A stretch of DNA of 64,000 nucleotides, from the NCBI GenBank assembly GCA_030145345.1, contig JAQYVT010000006.1, positions 107-64,106 of the forward strand. Direction: 5' to 3'. The DNA comes from Desulfobacterales bacterium (GTDB lineage: Bacteria > Desulfobacterota > Desulfobacteria > Desulfobacterales > UBA11574). The position numbers and the translations under genes were made by a program. The notes under the pieces were generated by a model, which saw nothing but the letters and a program-made list of their open reading frames with translations, was not told where the DNA came from and made no database searches. This document shows positions 35,756-47,157 of this stretch, piece after piece (position 1 is the stretch's first letter; each line of letters opens with the position of its first letter).

Positions 35756-36570
35756 AAAGAACAAAAAGATTTAAAAAAGAAAAGTCGCGGCGTGGAATTT
35801 ACATACTGCCCAACATTTTTACATCGCTGAATCTTTTTTTCGGATTTTATGCGGTTATCGCTTCCGTAAACGGAAAATTTGTTGCTGCAGCTGTGGCGAT
35901 TATTATCGGCGTCATGTTTGATATCATGGATGGTAAAATTGCCAGAGCTACGAATACGACCAGCAAATTCGGTATTGAATACGATTCTTTGGCAGATCTA
36001 ATATCTTTTGGTCTTGCCCCTGGATTAATGGTATATTTGTGGGCCCTCAAGCCCTTAGGAAGAATTGGCTGGCTGGCAGCATTTCTTTTCTTGGCTTGCG
36101 GGGCGCTTCGCCTGGCACGTTTCAACTCCCAGGTGGGGACAATTAGCAGCGAACATTTTGTCGGTCTTCCGATTCCGGCCGGAGCAGGCATGGCGGCAAC
36201 AACCGTTTTATTTTGCCATAAATTCGGCATAGAAGGGAAAATAAATCCCATATTCATTCTTGTTTTGCTGTACATTCTTTCTTTTTTAATGGTTAGCACA
36301 ATAAAATATAACAGTTTCAAAAAGCCTGAACTGTTTAAAAAAATGAATTTCAATGTTCTGGTGGCGATCATCCTGATATTGATTTTTATCGCCGCTCAGC
36401 CATCCATTGCGCTATTTATGTTAGGCCTTGCGTATACCGTTTCAGGTCCTATCTTGAGCGTTCGGCATCATCGAAAAATAAAACCAAAAGTGACTGGATG
36501 TAACGGGGCAAATGAGCACGGATCAAGCCCATTTGGCCATAATATTAACAAAAGTACCGATATTCGCTGA
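35752..36570 (+). CDS. pssA: CDP-diacylglycerol--serine O-phosphatidyltransferase
   Basis: CDP-alcohol phosphatidyltransferase motif (DGKIARATNTTSKFGIEYDSLADLISFG) in a polytopic protein. Confidence 0.88.
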   Translation: MKRTKRFKKEKSRRGIYILPNIFTSLNLFFGFYAVIASVNGKFVAAAVAIIIGVMFDIMDGKIARATNTTSKFGIEYDSLADLISFGLAPGLMVYLWALKPLGRIGWLAAFLFLACGALRLARFNSQVGTISSEHFVGLPIPAGAGMAATTVLFCHKFGIEGKINPIFILVLLYILSFLMVSTIKYNSFKKPELFKKMNFNVLVAIILILIFIAAQPSIALFMLGLAYTVSGPILSVRHHRKIKPKVTGCNGANEHGSSPFGHNINKSTDIR

Positions 36571-36584
36571 TTGGATCTATCATT

Positions 36585-37667
36585 ATGTCAAAAAATTATA
36601 ACATTTCCGTAATTCCCGGTGATGGAACAGGGCCGGAGGTTGTTGCAGAAGGTATCAAAATTCTCAAAATCGTATCCGAAAAATTCGGTTTCAGCCTGAA
36701 TTTTAACCATTATGATTTGGGCGGGGAGCATTACATGGCGTCTGGAGAGATTTTGCCGGACTCCGTTCTGGAGTCATTGTCAAAAGCAGACGCAATCTAT
36801 TTGGGCGCCATCGGACATCCGGATGTAAAACCGGGCATTCTTGAAAAAGGCATTCTTTTAAAACTCAGGTTTTATTTTGACCAGTATATCAATTTGAGAC
36901 CGGTTAAACTCTATGAGGGCGTGCATACGCCGATAAAAGACAAGGGGCCGGAAGACATAGACTTTGTTGTGGTCCGGGAAAACACCGAAGGTCTTTATGC
37001 GGGCGCCGGTGGATGTTTAAAACGGGGCACGCTGGATGAAGTCGCAATCCAAGAATCGATAAATACCCGCAAAGGCGTGGAACGCTGCATCCGATATGCT
37101 TTTGAATATTGCAGAAAAAGAAACAAGAGAAAAAAGCTGACCCTTTGCGGAAAAACCAATGTATTGACCTTTGCATTTGATTTGTGGGAGCGTACTTTTT
37201 ATGAAATTGCAGATGAGTACCCTGATATCGAGACAGATTATGCACACGTCGATGCCATCTGCATGTGGATGGTGAAAAACCCGGAGTGGTTCGATGTTAT
37301 CGTTACGGATAATATGTTTGGAGATATAATAACCGACCTGGGCGCAATGATTCAGGGGGGGATGGGCATTGCCGCCGGAGCAAACATCAATCCTGAAGGA
37401 ATTTCAATGTTTGAACCCATCGGTGGGTCTGCTCCAAAATATACCGGCAAACAGATCATTAACCCGATTGCCGCCATTTCCTCGGCTCAGATTATGCTCG
37501 AGACCCTGGGCGAGTCAACGGCTTCATCCTTGATAGAGGCGGGTGTTATGAAAGTACTGCGGGACGACCTCAAAGATGTTGCCGCAGGGAAAATGGGGTA
37601 TACGACACAAGAAGTTGGAGATCTTGTGGCAGATTATATTATTGGGACGGCCAATCATGTCGAATAA
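36585..37667 (+). CDS. leuB: 3-isopropylmalate dehydrogenase
   Basis: 360 aa isocitrate/isopropylmalate dehydrogenase family protein ([19 protein letters not shown]). Confidence 0.93.
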   Translation: MSKNYNISVIPGDGTGPEVVAEGIKILKIVSEKFGFSLNFNHYDLGGEHYMASGEILPDSVLESLSKADAIYLGAIGHPDVKPGILEKGILLKLRFYFDQYINLRPVKLYEGVHTPIKDKGPEDIDFVVVRENTEGLYAGAGGCLKRGTLDEVAIQESINTRKGVERCIRYAFEYCRKRNKRKKLTLCGKTNVLTFAFDLWERTFYEIADEYPDIETDYAHVDAICMWMVKNPEWFDVIVTDNMFGDIITDLGAMIQGGMGIAAGANINPEGISMFEPIGGSAPKYTGKQIINPIAAISSAQIMLETLGESTASSLIEAGVMKVLRDDLKDVAAGKMGYTTQEVGDLVADYIIGTANHVE

Positions 37668-38679
37668 AAAATTTAATGTCGCCGTTGCAGGTGCGACAGG
37701 TGCTGTGGGAAATCAGATGATCACCTGCCTGGAAGAAAGGAATTTTCCGGTTAAGTCTATTAAATTTTTGGCATCCCGGCGTTCTGTGGGCCGTAAACTT
37801 GATTACAAGGGCAATGCCATTGCTGTTGAGGAATTGAAGGCGGATTCTTTTAAAGGTATCGATATCGCCCTTTTTTCGGCCGGGGGCGGTACCAGTGAAA
37901 AATTTGCCCCTTTTGCGGCCCGGGACGGATGCGTGGTGGTTGACAATTCAAGTGCGTGGCGGATGGATCCCAAAGTTCCCTTGGTGGTTCCCGAAGTGAA
38001 TCCCCATGCAATTGCACAATTCACCCATAAAGGTATCATCGCAAATCCGAACTGTTCGACCATCCAGATGGTGGTTCCACTACACCCATTGCACCAGAAA
38101 TATGGGATCAAACGGATCGTGGTTTCAACATATCAGGCTGTTTCAGGAACCGGTAAAAAGGCGGTTGATGAACTCGATGCACAGACCCGGTCGATTCTCA
38201 ATTTCAAACCGTATGAAACCGAGGTCTACCCACACCCCATCGCGTTTAACTGCCTTCCCCACATCGATGTGTTTCTGGAGAACGGCTATACCAAAGAAGA
38301 AATGAAAATGGTCCATGAAACGAGAAAGATTCTGGAAGACGATACCATCGGGGTGACAGCAACCACCGTTCGTGTGCCGGTATTTTACGGTCATTCAGAA
38401 TCGATTAACATTGAGACCATTGAACATGTTTCTGCTGAAGCGGTGAGGGCTTTGCTCGAAGAAACTTCCGGGGTTAAAGTCGTTGATGATCCCCACAACA
38501 ACATTTATCCGCTTGCCATTGATGCTGCCGGCCAGGACTTGACGTTTGTGGGTCGTATCCGTGAGGATGAGTCGATTTCAAACGGCATCAACATGTGGGT
38601 TGTGGCCGATAATATCAGAAAGGGCGCTGCAACCAATACGGTACAGATTGCAGAAATCTTGGCAAAAGACTATTTATAG
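37657..38679 (+). CDS. asd: aspartate-semialdehyde dehydrogenase
   Basis: Start set at ATG 37657 ([18 protein letters not shown]). Active-site context IANPNCST. Confidence 0.93.
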   Translation: MSNKKFNVAVAGATGAVGNQMITCLEERNFPVKSIKFLASRRSVGRKLDYKGNAIAVEELKADSFKGIDIALFSAGGGTSEKFAPFAARDGCVVVDNSSAWRMDPKVPLVVPEVNPHAIAQFTHKGIIANPNCSTIQMVVPLHPLHQKYGIKRIVVSTYQAVSGTGKKAVDELDAQTRSILNFKPYETEVYPHPIAFNCLPHIDVFLENGYTKEEMKMVHETRKILEDDTIGVTATTVRVPVFYGHSESINIETIEHVSAEAVRALLEETSGVKVVDDPHNNIYPLAIDAAGQDLTFVGRIREDESISNGINMWVVADNIRKGAATNTVQIAEILAKDYL

Positions 38680-38690
38680 GGAGTTTAGAT

Positions 38691-39158
38691 TTGGAGCGCG
38701 TACCCATTACAAAAGAGGGTTATCAGGCCCTGAAGAAAGAACTGGATTATCTTAAAAGAGTTGAACGGCCCAAGAATATAAAGTCCATCGAAGAGGCCCG
38801 TGCTCACGGGGATATCACTGAAAACGCAGAGTTTGAAGCTGCCAAAGACAGGCAGGCATTTATTGAGGGGCGGTTAAATGAATTGACATACAAGCTATCC
38901 AGAGCAGATATCATCGATCCTCAAAAGCTTCCAAAGGATCGCGCTGTATTTGCCTGTTCTGTAATACTTGAAAATACCGATACCGGTGAAAATGTCGAAT
39001 ATCAGCTCGTGGGAACTGATGAAGCGAACATTGAGGAAGGACGCATTTCCGTGTCTTCGCCCCTGGGGAAAGCCGTCATCGGCAAAAAACCTGGAGATGA
39101 AATTTCTTTGGAAGCCCCAGGTGGAAAAAGATACTATGAACTGGTAGAAATATTGTAA
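38691..39158 (+). CDS. greA: transcription elongation factor GreA
   Basis: 155 aa with TTG start 8 nt after AGGGAG. Conserved GDITENAEFEAAKDRQ motif. Confidence 0.92.
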   Translation: MERVPITKEGYQALKKELDYLKRVERPKNIKSIEEARAHGDITENAEFEAAKDRQAFIEGRLNELTYKLSRADIIDPQKLPKDRAVFACSVILENTDTGENVEYQLVGTDEANIEEGRISVSSPLGKAVIGKKPGDEISLEAPGGKRYYELVEIL

Positions 39159-39176
39159 ATTGAACATTGTGATGGT

Positions 39177-39353
39177 CTCGTAAAAAGTCCGGTTTGCTCG
39201 CTCAGTGACCATTTGGTCGCGTTTCAATCTGTGTTTCTAAATTTCAAGAATTCGTCGCAAGGGCTTCAAACAGCTTAAAATTTTTAACGCATCATCGCTT
39301 GAAACACTGGATGCCAAACGATCAGATATCGATCACAAAAGACTTTTTACGAG
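39177..39353. mobile_element. MITE-like element, family 1, copy 1
   Basis: Terminal inverted repeats CTCGTAAAAAGTC ... GACTTTTTACGAG. Internal sequence is homologous to 47158-47341. Confidence 0.7.
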
Positions 39354-39411
39354 TTTGTCAACACTTGCCAACATTTTAAAATAATTAATAACACATTAAC
39401 GGAGGTTTTTC

Positions 39412-39651
39412 GTGGCGCGTATAACCATAGAAGATTGCTTGAAACGGGTAAAAAACCGGTTTTTACTGGTCAACATGGCGGCCAAGCGTGTAAGGCAGAT
39501 CCGTGAAGGATCCGAATACCTGGTCAGTTCACCGAAGAACGAAGATATCGTCGTCGCCCTGCGCGAAGTCGCAGCGGGAAAGATCGCAATTCAAGAAGAA
39601 AAAAAAGAAGAAGAAACAAAGGAACTCTTAGAATTAGAAGAAAATCCATAG
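39412..39651 (+). CDS. rpoZ: DNA-directed RNA polymerase subunit omega
   Basis: 79 aa with GTG start after GGAGG. Typical MARITIEDCL...NRFLLV...AKRVRQI N-terminus. Confidence 0.88.
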   Translation: MARITIEDCLKRVKNRFLLVNMAAKRVRQIREGSEYLVSSPKNEDIVVALREVAAGKIAIQEEKKEEETKELLELEENP

Positions 39652-39669
39652 GAGGCCGACACTTTTCTT

Positions 39670-40401
39670 TTGCCAAAGTACAGCTATGCCTACAAGGTGC
39701 TAAAAAGAAATATTGGGAAGGCGTTGCACCGGTATGATATGATCTCTGATGGGGATCGAATTTTAGTCGGGCTTTCAGGAGGCAAAGACAGTTTCACGCT
39801 GATGTGGATGTTGAATGAACGACTGAAGCGTATCCCCATAAATTATGAACTGTTTGCAGTGTATATCGATCCCGGATTTGAGGAAGGCTTCAGTGAACCC
39901 CTGGCCGAATATTGGCATAGAACAGGCCTTGAACTCAAAATTGAGCATACGGATTACGGAGTTTTGGCCCATAGCTCTCAAAATCGTGAAAACCCGTGTT
40001 TTTTATGTTCCAGGTTGCGCAGAAAACGCCTTTTTGAAATTGCGGATGAACTGGGATGCAACAAGCTGGCTCTGGGACACAACAAAGACGATATTATCGA
40101 GACGTTATTTTTGAACATATGCTATGCCGGAGAGATCAGTACGATGATGCCCGCCCAGTCTTTTTTCCAGGAAAGATTTACATTGATAAGGCCTCTTGCT
40201 TTTGCTGACGAAGATGTTATAAGACGATTTGCAACAGAAAAAGGTTGTCCGGATTTTATCAATCCATGTCCGAGCGCAAAAGTTTCCAAACGGCAGGAAA
40301 TTAAGGGGCTATTACAGCAGCTCTACAGAAGCAACAGGAAAATTAAAGGGAATATTTTCAGAGCCATGGGCCATGTGAAGACGGATTATTTGTTAAAATG
40401 A
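39670..40401 (+). CDS. ttcA: tRNA 2-thiocytidine biosynthesis protein TtcA-like (PP-loop ATPase)
   Basis: PP-loop SGGKDS and the Cys motif NPCFLCSRLRR. Confidence 0.8.
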   Translation: MPKYSYAYKVLKRNIGKALHRYDMISDGDRILVGLSGGKDSFTLMWMLNERLKRIPINYELFAVYIDPGFEEGFSEPLAEYWHRTGLELKIEHTDYGVLAHSSQNRENPCFLCSRLRRKRLFEIADELGCNKLALGHNKDDIIETLFLNICYAGEISTMMPAQSFFQERFTLIRPLAFADEDVIRRFATEKGCPDFINPCPSAKVSKRQEIKGLLQQLYRSNRKIKGNIFRAMGHVKTDYLLK

Positions 40402-41183
40402 AAGACATTCAAAATCAATTCGATCATCGCAACATTCCAATCGACAAAGTCGGCATTAAGAATCTTAAATATCCCATAACAGTGCTCGATCGGAAAAACA
40501 ACTTTCAGCACACCGTTGCTTCCATAAGCATGTATGTCGATTTGCCTCACAACTACAAAGGGACTCACATGAGCCGTTTTGTAGAGATGCTGCATTTGTT
40601 TCGTCCGGAGGTCTCTTTAAAGAAAATTTCCGTTATTCTTGAAGAGATGAAAGAATATTTAAATGCAGCTTCGTCCAACATCGAAGTAACATTTCCTTAT
40701 TTTATTGAAAAAAAATCCCCCATCAGCAAATCCCTCGGCCTGATGGACTACGTGTGCAGTTTTTTGGGCTCAAGCGACCCCGACGGCAAGATCGATCTCG
40801 TATCCGTGGTCGTTGTTCCGATATCTTCCGTCTGTCCTTGTTCAAAAGAGATCAGTGATGCAGGCGCCCATAATCAACGGGGTCAAGTCATGCTCAGCAC
40901 GCGGTTTAAAAAATTTATCTGGATCGAAGATATGATTGAGCTGGTAGAGGGGACGGCTTCATGCGAAGTATACTCTGTCCTCAAACGTATGGATGAAAAA
41001 CATGTGACGGAAAAGGGCTACAATAACCCCAAATTTGTTGAAGATATCGTCAGAGACGTCGCTGACAAGCTGAAACAGGACAGCAACATAACCTGGTTTT
41101 CCGTGAGTGCGGAAAATTTTGAGTCGATCCACAACCACAGTGCATATGCTTCAATTACCAGCGGAAAAAAACCCAATTTTTAA
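40398..41183 (+). CDS. folE2: GTP cyclohydrolase FolE2 (type IB)
   Basis: 261 aa with GTHMSRF and CPCSKEIS motifs. Overlaps ttcA by 4 nt. Confidence 0.88.
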   Translation: MKDIQNQFDHRNIPIDKVGIKNLKYPITVLDRKNNFQHTVASISMYVDLPHNYKGTHMSRFVEMLHLFRPEVSLKKISVILEEMKEYLNAASSNIEVTFPYFIEKKSPISKSLGLMDYVCSFLGSSDPDGKIDLVSVVVVPISSVCPCSKEISDAGAHNQRGQVMLSTRFKKFIWIEDMIELVEGTASCEVYSVLKRMDEKHVTEKGYNNPKFVEDIVRDVADKLKQDSNITWFSVSAENFESIHNHSAYASITSGKKPNF

Positions 41184-42421
41184 TCCAGATTGCGCAAGAG
41201 TATATCCATAATTGGATTCGGCGACTTCCCCGATGTATTTATCAGCAAAACAAATGAATATAACCTTCCTTCTTTATTTTCTACATAACCGGCCCGTGTA
41301 TGGATACCGTTGAGGGTTCCTGTTTTGTAGAAAGCTTTCCCCATTCTGCGCATGAGAAAATGATAGGGCGCAAAAACTTTGAGTATTTTGTAAAGGCTTA
41401 CCGCTGACATCCGGTTTTTTCTCGATATCCCTGAACCTTCCACAAGTCGAAAATTATCGATTTTAAGAATATTTTTCGCATATGCTGATGCTGCCTGAAC
41501 ACCATTTTCCAAGGTCCCCGGAGGCCCGTATGCTTTTGCACCGCACGTGATGAGCAACTGATTGGCCATAAAGTTATTTGAATATTCGAGAAGTTTTGAT
41601 ATGACCTGCATCAATGAAAAACTGGAAACATATCTGAAGATAAGTTTGTCGTTGTCGTTTTGAACCTTTTCTGTTCTTATTCTACCGGCGAACTGTATCG
41701 CCTCTTTTTTTAAGAAATATAGAAGAAGATGACCCGAATAAAGTGTGTTTTCATTTCTTTGAGAGGAAAATAGAATTCTGCCGTGATCCAGTTGAGCGGC
41801 ATCGATTTTTTCTTGAACAAACGGCAATAGCGGCGTTTGGGGCTCGGCACTGACAAAAATGCCGTTGGGGTTGCGCTTGAAATTGATCGTGTTGAAATTT
41901 ACACACAGCGCGCCGATGGGAGCGTCGTAGGGTTCATTTGACCGATTAACCCCGGGGATTGCGATGGGGGTTTTAAAATATGAATCATCGAGAACCAGAT
42001 CGTTTATATGATTAAGTTCAATACCCGGTATGGATTTGAGATCGCGTGCAATTTTCGCCAAAGCTTCTGAAATGAGAAGGGGGTCTCCATATCCTTTTAC
42101 TTTTAGATTTGAATGATGGTCTTGATAAAACTCGGTGACAAATCTGTAATCCGGACCCAGATAATGGAGGGCCACAAGCGCCGTAAATATTTTCAGGGTC
42201 GATGCCGGGACAAGCTGAATGTCGGCATTTTTTGAAAAAACAATCCGTCCTTGGGGATCTGCAACCAGAATCGCATCCCGATCTCCAATAAAATGATTTA
42301 GAACAGCGAGTTTTTCGGCATAAAGATGTTGGGTTACCCCGAAATTCAATAGACAAAAAAGAAGTAGAAACCGCCATGTGGCGGCGCTAAAGGATGGTTT
42401 TGATTTTGGCGATAAATACAT
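41180..42421 (-). CDS. dacB: D-alanyl-D-alanine carboxypeptidase/endopeptidase (PBP4 family)
   Basis: Signal sequence, S-x-x-K motif (ASTLK) and a PBP4-like length. Confidence 0.8.
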   Translation of the reverse strand: MYLSPKSKPSFSAATWRFLLLFCLLNFGVTQHLYAEKLAVLNHFIGDRDAILVADPQGRIVFSKNADIQLVPASTLKIFTALVALHYLGPDYRFVTEFYQDHHSNLKVKGYGDPLLISEALAKIARDLKSIPGIELNHINDLVLDDSYFKTPIAIPGVNRSNEPYDAPIGALCVNFNTINFKRNPNGIFVSAEPQTPLLPFVQEKIDAAQLDHGRILFSSQRNENTLYSGHLLLYFLKKEAIQFAGRIRTEKVQNDNDKLIFRYVSSFSLMQVISKLLEYSNNFMANQLLITCGAKAYGPPGTLENGVQAASAYAKNILKIDNFRLVEGSGISRKNRMSAVSLYKILKVFAPYHFLMRRMGKAFYKTGTLNGIHTRAGYVENKEGRLYSFVLLINTSGKSPNPIMDILLRNLD

Positions 42422-42442
42422 GGAGTAGATTTTTTATGACGG

Positions 42443-42907
42443 TTACTTTTTGTTTGGGCAACAGATCCTTCTGCTGTCCACAATAAGGGTCACCGGCCCG
42501 TCGTTGATCAAAGATACATCCATCATGGCTCGAAATCGACCGGTTTTCACAGTAACGCCTTTCTGGCGGACCTGTTCAACAAATATCTGGTACAGTCCGG
42601 CAGCATGATCCGGAGCTGCGGCTTGGACAAAAGATGGGCGTCGGCCTTTTTTGCAATCTCCCAACACGGTGAACTGGGAGACAACCAGCATTTCGCCGGC
42701 AGTATCCACCAAAGAACGGTTCATTTTACGATTTTCATCTTCAAAAATTCTTAAATTCACGATCTTGTCCGCAAGGTATTCGGCATCATCGGTTTTATCC
42801 GCTTTTGCAATCCCTAAAAGTACCAAAAGACCTTTGCCGATTTTTCCGACCAATTCATTTTCGACGGTTACAGAACCGGATTTAACCCTTTGTATTACGG
42901 CACGCAT
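42443..42907 (-). CDS. dtd: D-aminoacyl-tRNA deacylase
   Basis: Start set at ATG 42907 ([13 protein letters not shown]). C-terminal NDGPVTL motif. Confidence 0.9.
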   Translation of the reverse strand: MRAVIQRVKSGSVTVENELVGKIGKGLLVLLGIAKADKTDDAEYLADKIVNLRIFEDENRKMNRSLVDTAGEMLVVSQFTVLGDCKKGRRPSFVQAAAPDHAAGLYQIFVEQVRQKGVTVKTGRFRAMMDVSLINDGPVTLIVDSRRICCPNKK

Positions 42908-43286
42908 ATTTAAACATCTCCGAAAACCTACAATTTGCTGGAAATAAAGGAAGTTTTGCTCGGGTATTTTTGTTTTCATCCTATTCTCCCAAAACACATT
43001 ATTCAAGCATTTTTCCAAAAAATCGATAGAGAATCGCCTTTTTTAAAGACGTTCCCGGCCGGCGCAGCCGGATGCCAAACTTGTAGGTTTCGTAAAACTT
43101 GATTGTACAGAAATTCCCTAATTTAAACGCTGCGACCCGGGTATCGGGGCGTTTCGAAGGAATAATATAACTTGAGACTTGATTTAATGAAGAGTATTAT
43201 TTTATGATCCTTACAATCTATCTTCCTCAAAGAACCAAATATCCTAATTTTAAAAAGCTGAGTATGCTTCAAAAGGTAAGAATCTT

Positions 43287-45716
43287 ATGGAGAATATAAC
43301 CAAGGAACTGCCGGCTGTTAAGAAAAAATTTCATATTATTTTGGAAGCAATGTCAGAAGGAATTTTAGAAATAACTTCTAAAGGAAAAATTGTTTTTGCC
43401 AATCCCGCGGCTATTTCTCTGTGCAATATCCCCAAGAAAAAACTGTTGGGGTCAATTTTTACCCAGCTTTTTTCAACAGATGCGGGTCAAAGCATGGTCG
43501 AACTTTTAAAAACTCCCAGGAAAAAATTGGAGACAGTAACGGTCGAATTTCCTCTGGTTCTGAATGAATATCTGGTTAAAATAAAAATATTATCTTGGGA
43601 TAAGGAAGAAGATACACGTGTCGTAATTTTAAGTGATATTACCGAACAGGAACGGGCGAGGGAAGTCATCCGATTGCGCAACCGCGAGCAGCGGTTGCAC
43701 ACCCAGACACGCCAGGCATTTAATTCAAGTCTAAATTTGGACCAGGTTATCGTTAGCGTTTTGGAAGAAGTGCGTCGATTGATGGGCGTGGTCGGCAGCT
43801 CAATATGGTTGATCGATCGAGACACCGGGGAGCTGGTCTGTGAGCAGGCCACCGGCGATTATGGCGAAACTTTGCGCGGTTGGCGATTGGCACCTGGAGA
43901 GGGTCTGGCCGGATGGGTGGTGCGCCACGGCGAAAGCTCGATGACTCCGGACACGTATTCTGATGAACGGCATTATAAGGAAGTGGATCAGGTCATTGGA
44001 AAGAATATGCAGTCCATCCTCACAGTCCCTTTGCATGTCAAGGGAGATGTCATCGGCGTGCTCCAAGTGGTGGATACAGAAACCGGACGATTCGATAAAA
44101 ACCATCTCGCCTTAATGGAGTCCCTCGCAGGATCAGCGGCCATCGCCATCGAGAATGCTCGACTCTACGAAAAAGCACGTCAGGAGATTTCCATCCGAAA
44201 ACAGACCGAAGCGGCCCTTCGTGAGAGTGAAAATAAATATCGGACCGTTCTTGAAGCAAACCCTGATTCGGTTATGGTTTGTGATATGGAAGGGCGGGCA
44301 ACTTATTTGAACCCGACATTCACGAAGGTTTTTGGATGGACCTTGGCGGAATGTTTGGGCAAAAAAATGGACATGTTTGTTCCTGAAGAAAATTGGCCTG
44401 AAACCAATGAAATGATAGAAAAAGTCCTCGCCGGAGAAAATCTGTCGGGCATTGAAACGTTCCGGTACACGAAAGCAGGAGATATTATCCCTGTAAGCAT
44501 CAGCGGCGCCATTTATCATGATCGCGATGGAAATCCTGTGGGTAGCGTGGTTAATTTGCGAAATATTTATGAACAGAAAAAGCTGGAGGCTCAAATCCAA
44601 CAAGTACAGAAAATGGAGGCCATTGGCACCTTAGCCGGTGGTATCGCACATGACTATAACAACCTGCTTATGGGAATCTTGGGGAACGCATCTCTCATGA
44701 CTTTTGATCTGGATGCCAATCATCCGCACTATGAAAAATTAAAAAATATCGAGAAATACGTTCAGAGCGGTGCAGATCTTACAAAGCAGCTTTTAGGGTT
44801 CGCAAAAGGGGGAAAATATGAAGTAAAACCCATTGACATCAATGATGTGGTCGGACAAAGCTCAGAGCTGTTCAGTCGAACAAAAAAAGAGATCAGAATA
44901 CATCGAAAAATTCAAAAAAATATATGGGCGGTGGAGGCGGATCCGAATCAGGTGGAGCAGGTGTTGTTAAATCTCTATGTAAACGCCGGTCAAGCTATGC
45001 CCGGCGGCGGAGAGCTATTTCTTCAAACAGAAAACGTCACACTTGATGACCGCTATCCCCGACATTTTTCCGTCCAAGCCGGAGATTATGTGAAAATATC
45101 TATTAGGGATACGGGAATCGGTATGGATGAAAAGACCATAAAACGGATATTCGACCCGTTTTTCACCACAAAGGATATGGGCAGAGGTACCGGTCTCGGC
45201 CTTGCCTCTGCGTATGGTATCATCAAAAATCACGGCGGCATCATTAACGCACACAGCACTTTAAATAAAGGGACGACGTTTAATGTCTTTCTTCCGGCTT
45301 CTGACAAAAATATCCTAAAAACTAAATCCTTGAATCAAAAAACCCTAAAGGGCGTTGGAAACGTACTGCTTGTTGATGATGAAGAGATGATCCTTGATGT
45401 TGGCAGTCAGATTCTTGAAAACCTCGGCTACGGCGTCCTATCGGCCAGAAGCGGTACAGAAGCCATCGAAGTCTATCGGGCACATCAAGATGAAATCGTT
45501 TTGGTCATATTGGACATGATCATGCCGGATCTGGGAGGCGGGGAGACTTACGACAGACTCAAAAAAATAAACCCTGAAATCAAAATTCTCCTTTCCAGCG
45601 GGTATAGTATCAATGGTCAGGCTTCTGAAATAATGGATCGGGGGTGTAATGGCTTTATTCAGAAACCTTTTAACATAAAACAACTGTCACGTAAAATTAG
45701 GGATGTCATCGATTAG
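43287..45716 (+). CDS. hybrid sensor histidine kinase/response regulator (PAS-GAF-PAS-HisKA-HATPase-REC)
   Basis: H-box GGIAHDYNNLL, G-boxes DTGIGM and GTGLGL, and a C-terminal receiver domain (LLVDDEE...DMIMPD). Confidence 0.88.
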   Translation: MENITKELPAVKKKFHIILEAMSEGILEITSKGKIVFANPAAISLCNIPKKKLLGSIFTQLFSTDAGQSMVELLKTPRKKLETVTVEFPLVLNEYLVKIKILSWDKEEDTRVVILSDITEQERAREVIRLRNREQRLHTQTRQAFNSSLNLDQVIVSVLEEVRRLMGVVGSSIWLIDRDTGELVCEQATGDYGETLRGWRLAPGEGLAGWVVRHGESSMTPDTYSDERHYKEVDQVIGKNMQSILTVPLHVKGDVIGVLQVVDTETGRFDKNHLALMESLAGSAAIAIENARLYEKARQEISIRKQTEAALRESENKYRTVLEANPDSVMVCDMEGRATYLNPTFTKVFGWTLAECLGKKMDMFVPEENWPETNEMIEKVLAGENLSGIETFRYTKAGDIIPVSISGAIYHDRDGNPVGSVVNLRNIYEQKKLEAQIQQVQKMEAIGTLAGGIAHDYNNLLMGILGNASLMTFDLDANHPHYEKLKNIEKYVQSGADLTKQLLGFAKGGKYEVKPIDINDVVGQSSELFSRTKKEIRIHRKIQKNIWAVEADPNQVEQVLLNLYVNAGQAMPGGGELFLQTENVTLDDRYPRHFSVQAGDYVKISIRDTGIGMDEKTIKRIFDPFFTTKDMGRGTGLGLASAYGIIKNHGGIINAHSTLNKGTTFNVFLPASDKNILKTKSLNQKTLKGVGNVLLVDDEEMILDVGSQILENLGYGVLSARSGTEAIEVYRAHQDEIVLVILDMIMPDLGGGETYDRLKKINPEIKILLSSGYSINGQASEIMDRGCNGFIQKPFNIKQLSRKIRDVID

Positions 45717-45764
45717 GGAACGTTATTTTAACTCGGCATAAGCGGTGACATCCTCAAGGTTCAA

Positions 45765-47108
45765 TCAAGCAACCAGTAAAATTCTTAGATCCATTACATT
45801 GGTATTGGTGGGGCCCGTTATTAAAAGGTCGTCGAGTTTTGCAAAAAAATGATACGCGTCATTGTTTGCAAGGAAATGATACGGATCCAACCCCATCCCT
45901 TTGGCCCGCTCCAACGTATATGTATCGGAAAAAGCCCCGGCCGCATCGGTAGGCCCGTCCGTACCATCCGTGCCCCCGCTGAGAACAACAACATTCTTGT
46001 GACCCGAAATATCAAAGGCTGCTGCAAGCGCAAACTCTTGATTTCGTCCGCCCAAACCATTTCCTGAAATGGTGACTGTTGTTTCCCCGCCGGAAAGAAT
46101 ACAGGCGGGTGGAGATAGCGGGTTCCCGGTTTTAAGGATTTCCTTGGCGATGGCGCCGTGGATTTGTGCAGCATATCGAGTTTCACCGACAATCATTGAG
46201 GACAGTAGAATGACGTTGTATTCCAGGCCTTCGGCTTTCTCTTTGGCAGCCATTAGGGATTCAATGCTGCTGGCGATAATTAGATTTTGCGTTCTTTTAA
46301 AAGCAGGGTCGCCGGCTTTCGGCGTTTCAGGTATTTTACCGGAAATTCCGGATTCAATATGATTTAAGATGCTTTCGGGTATTTTGTCTTTGATGTGGTA
46401 TCGTTCTAAAATTTCCATGCAATCGGCAAACGAGCTTGAATCCGGCACCGTCGGCCCTGATGCGATGATATCAAGGTCATCTCCCACCACGTCTGAAAGT
46501 ATTAGGGAAATAATGGTGGCAGGATATACCGCTTGTGCAAGCCTGCCGCCTTTTATTTTTGAAGTATGCTTTCGCAGGGTATTTATTTCATGAATGGTGG
46601 CGCCACAGGAAAGGAACACTTTGATGGTGTCCTGTTTGTCCTTTAGGGTAATGCCGTTGAAAGGAAGCGGGAGCAAGGCTGACCCCCCTCCTGAAATAAG
46701 GCACAATATCAGGTCGTCCTTTCCTGATTTTTTCGCAAGATTCAGTATGGCATGTGCCCCCTTTTCTCCGTTTGGGTCCGGAAAAGGATGCCCGGCTTCG
46801 ATAAGATTGATTCGTTGAAGGTCGGCAAGATGATCATATTTTACGGTGATCATACCTTCTGAAATCCTCTCCCCAAGAATATCCTCTAAGCCTGCCGCCA
46901 TCGGAGCCGTGGCTTTTCCCGCGCCGATCACATACAGATTTTTATATTGAGGGAGGTGATATGTCCGATTCCCCACAAAAAGGGATTCACCGTCAAGTTT
47001 GCAGCACCGCTTGATGGCAGCTCCCGGCTCAACGGCTTGTAATCCTTTGTAAAAAATTTCAGCCGCATCCTTTTTCATTGCGGAGATGCTTTTTGAATGA
47101 ATACCCAT
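45765..47108 (-). CDS. glycerate 2-kinase / hydroxypyruvate reductase family protein (DUF4147 plus MOFRL)
   Basis: 447 aa with the MOFRL-family C-terminus (LSGGTDGTDGPTDAAGA). Confidence 0.85.
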   Translation of the reverse strand: MGIHSKSISAMKKDAAEIFYKGLQAVEPGAAIKRCCKLDGESLFVGNRTYHLPQYKNLYVIGAGKATAPMAAGLEDILGERISEGMITVKYDHLADLQRINLIEAGHPFPDPNGEKGAHAILNLAKKSGKDDLILCLISGGGSALLPLPFNGITLKDKQDTIKVFLSCGATIHEINTLRKHTSKIKGGRLAQAVYPATIISLILSDVVGDDLDIIASGPTVPDSSSFADCMEILERYHIKDKIPESILNHIESGISGKIPETPKAGDPAFKRTQNLIIASSIESLMAAKEKAEGLEYNVILLSSMIVGETRYAAQIHGAIAKEILKTGNPLSPPACILSGGETTVTISGNGLGGRNQEFALAAAFDISGHKNVVVLSGGTDGTDGPTDAAGAFSDTYTLERAKGMGLDPYHFLANNDAYHFFAKLDDLLITGPTNTNVMDLRILLVA

Positions 47109-47157
47109 AAGTGCTCGGTGTTGACTGTATGCTCATTTTGAGAAATATCTTAACATG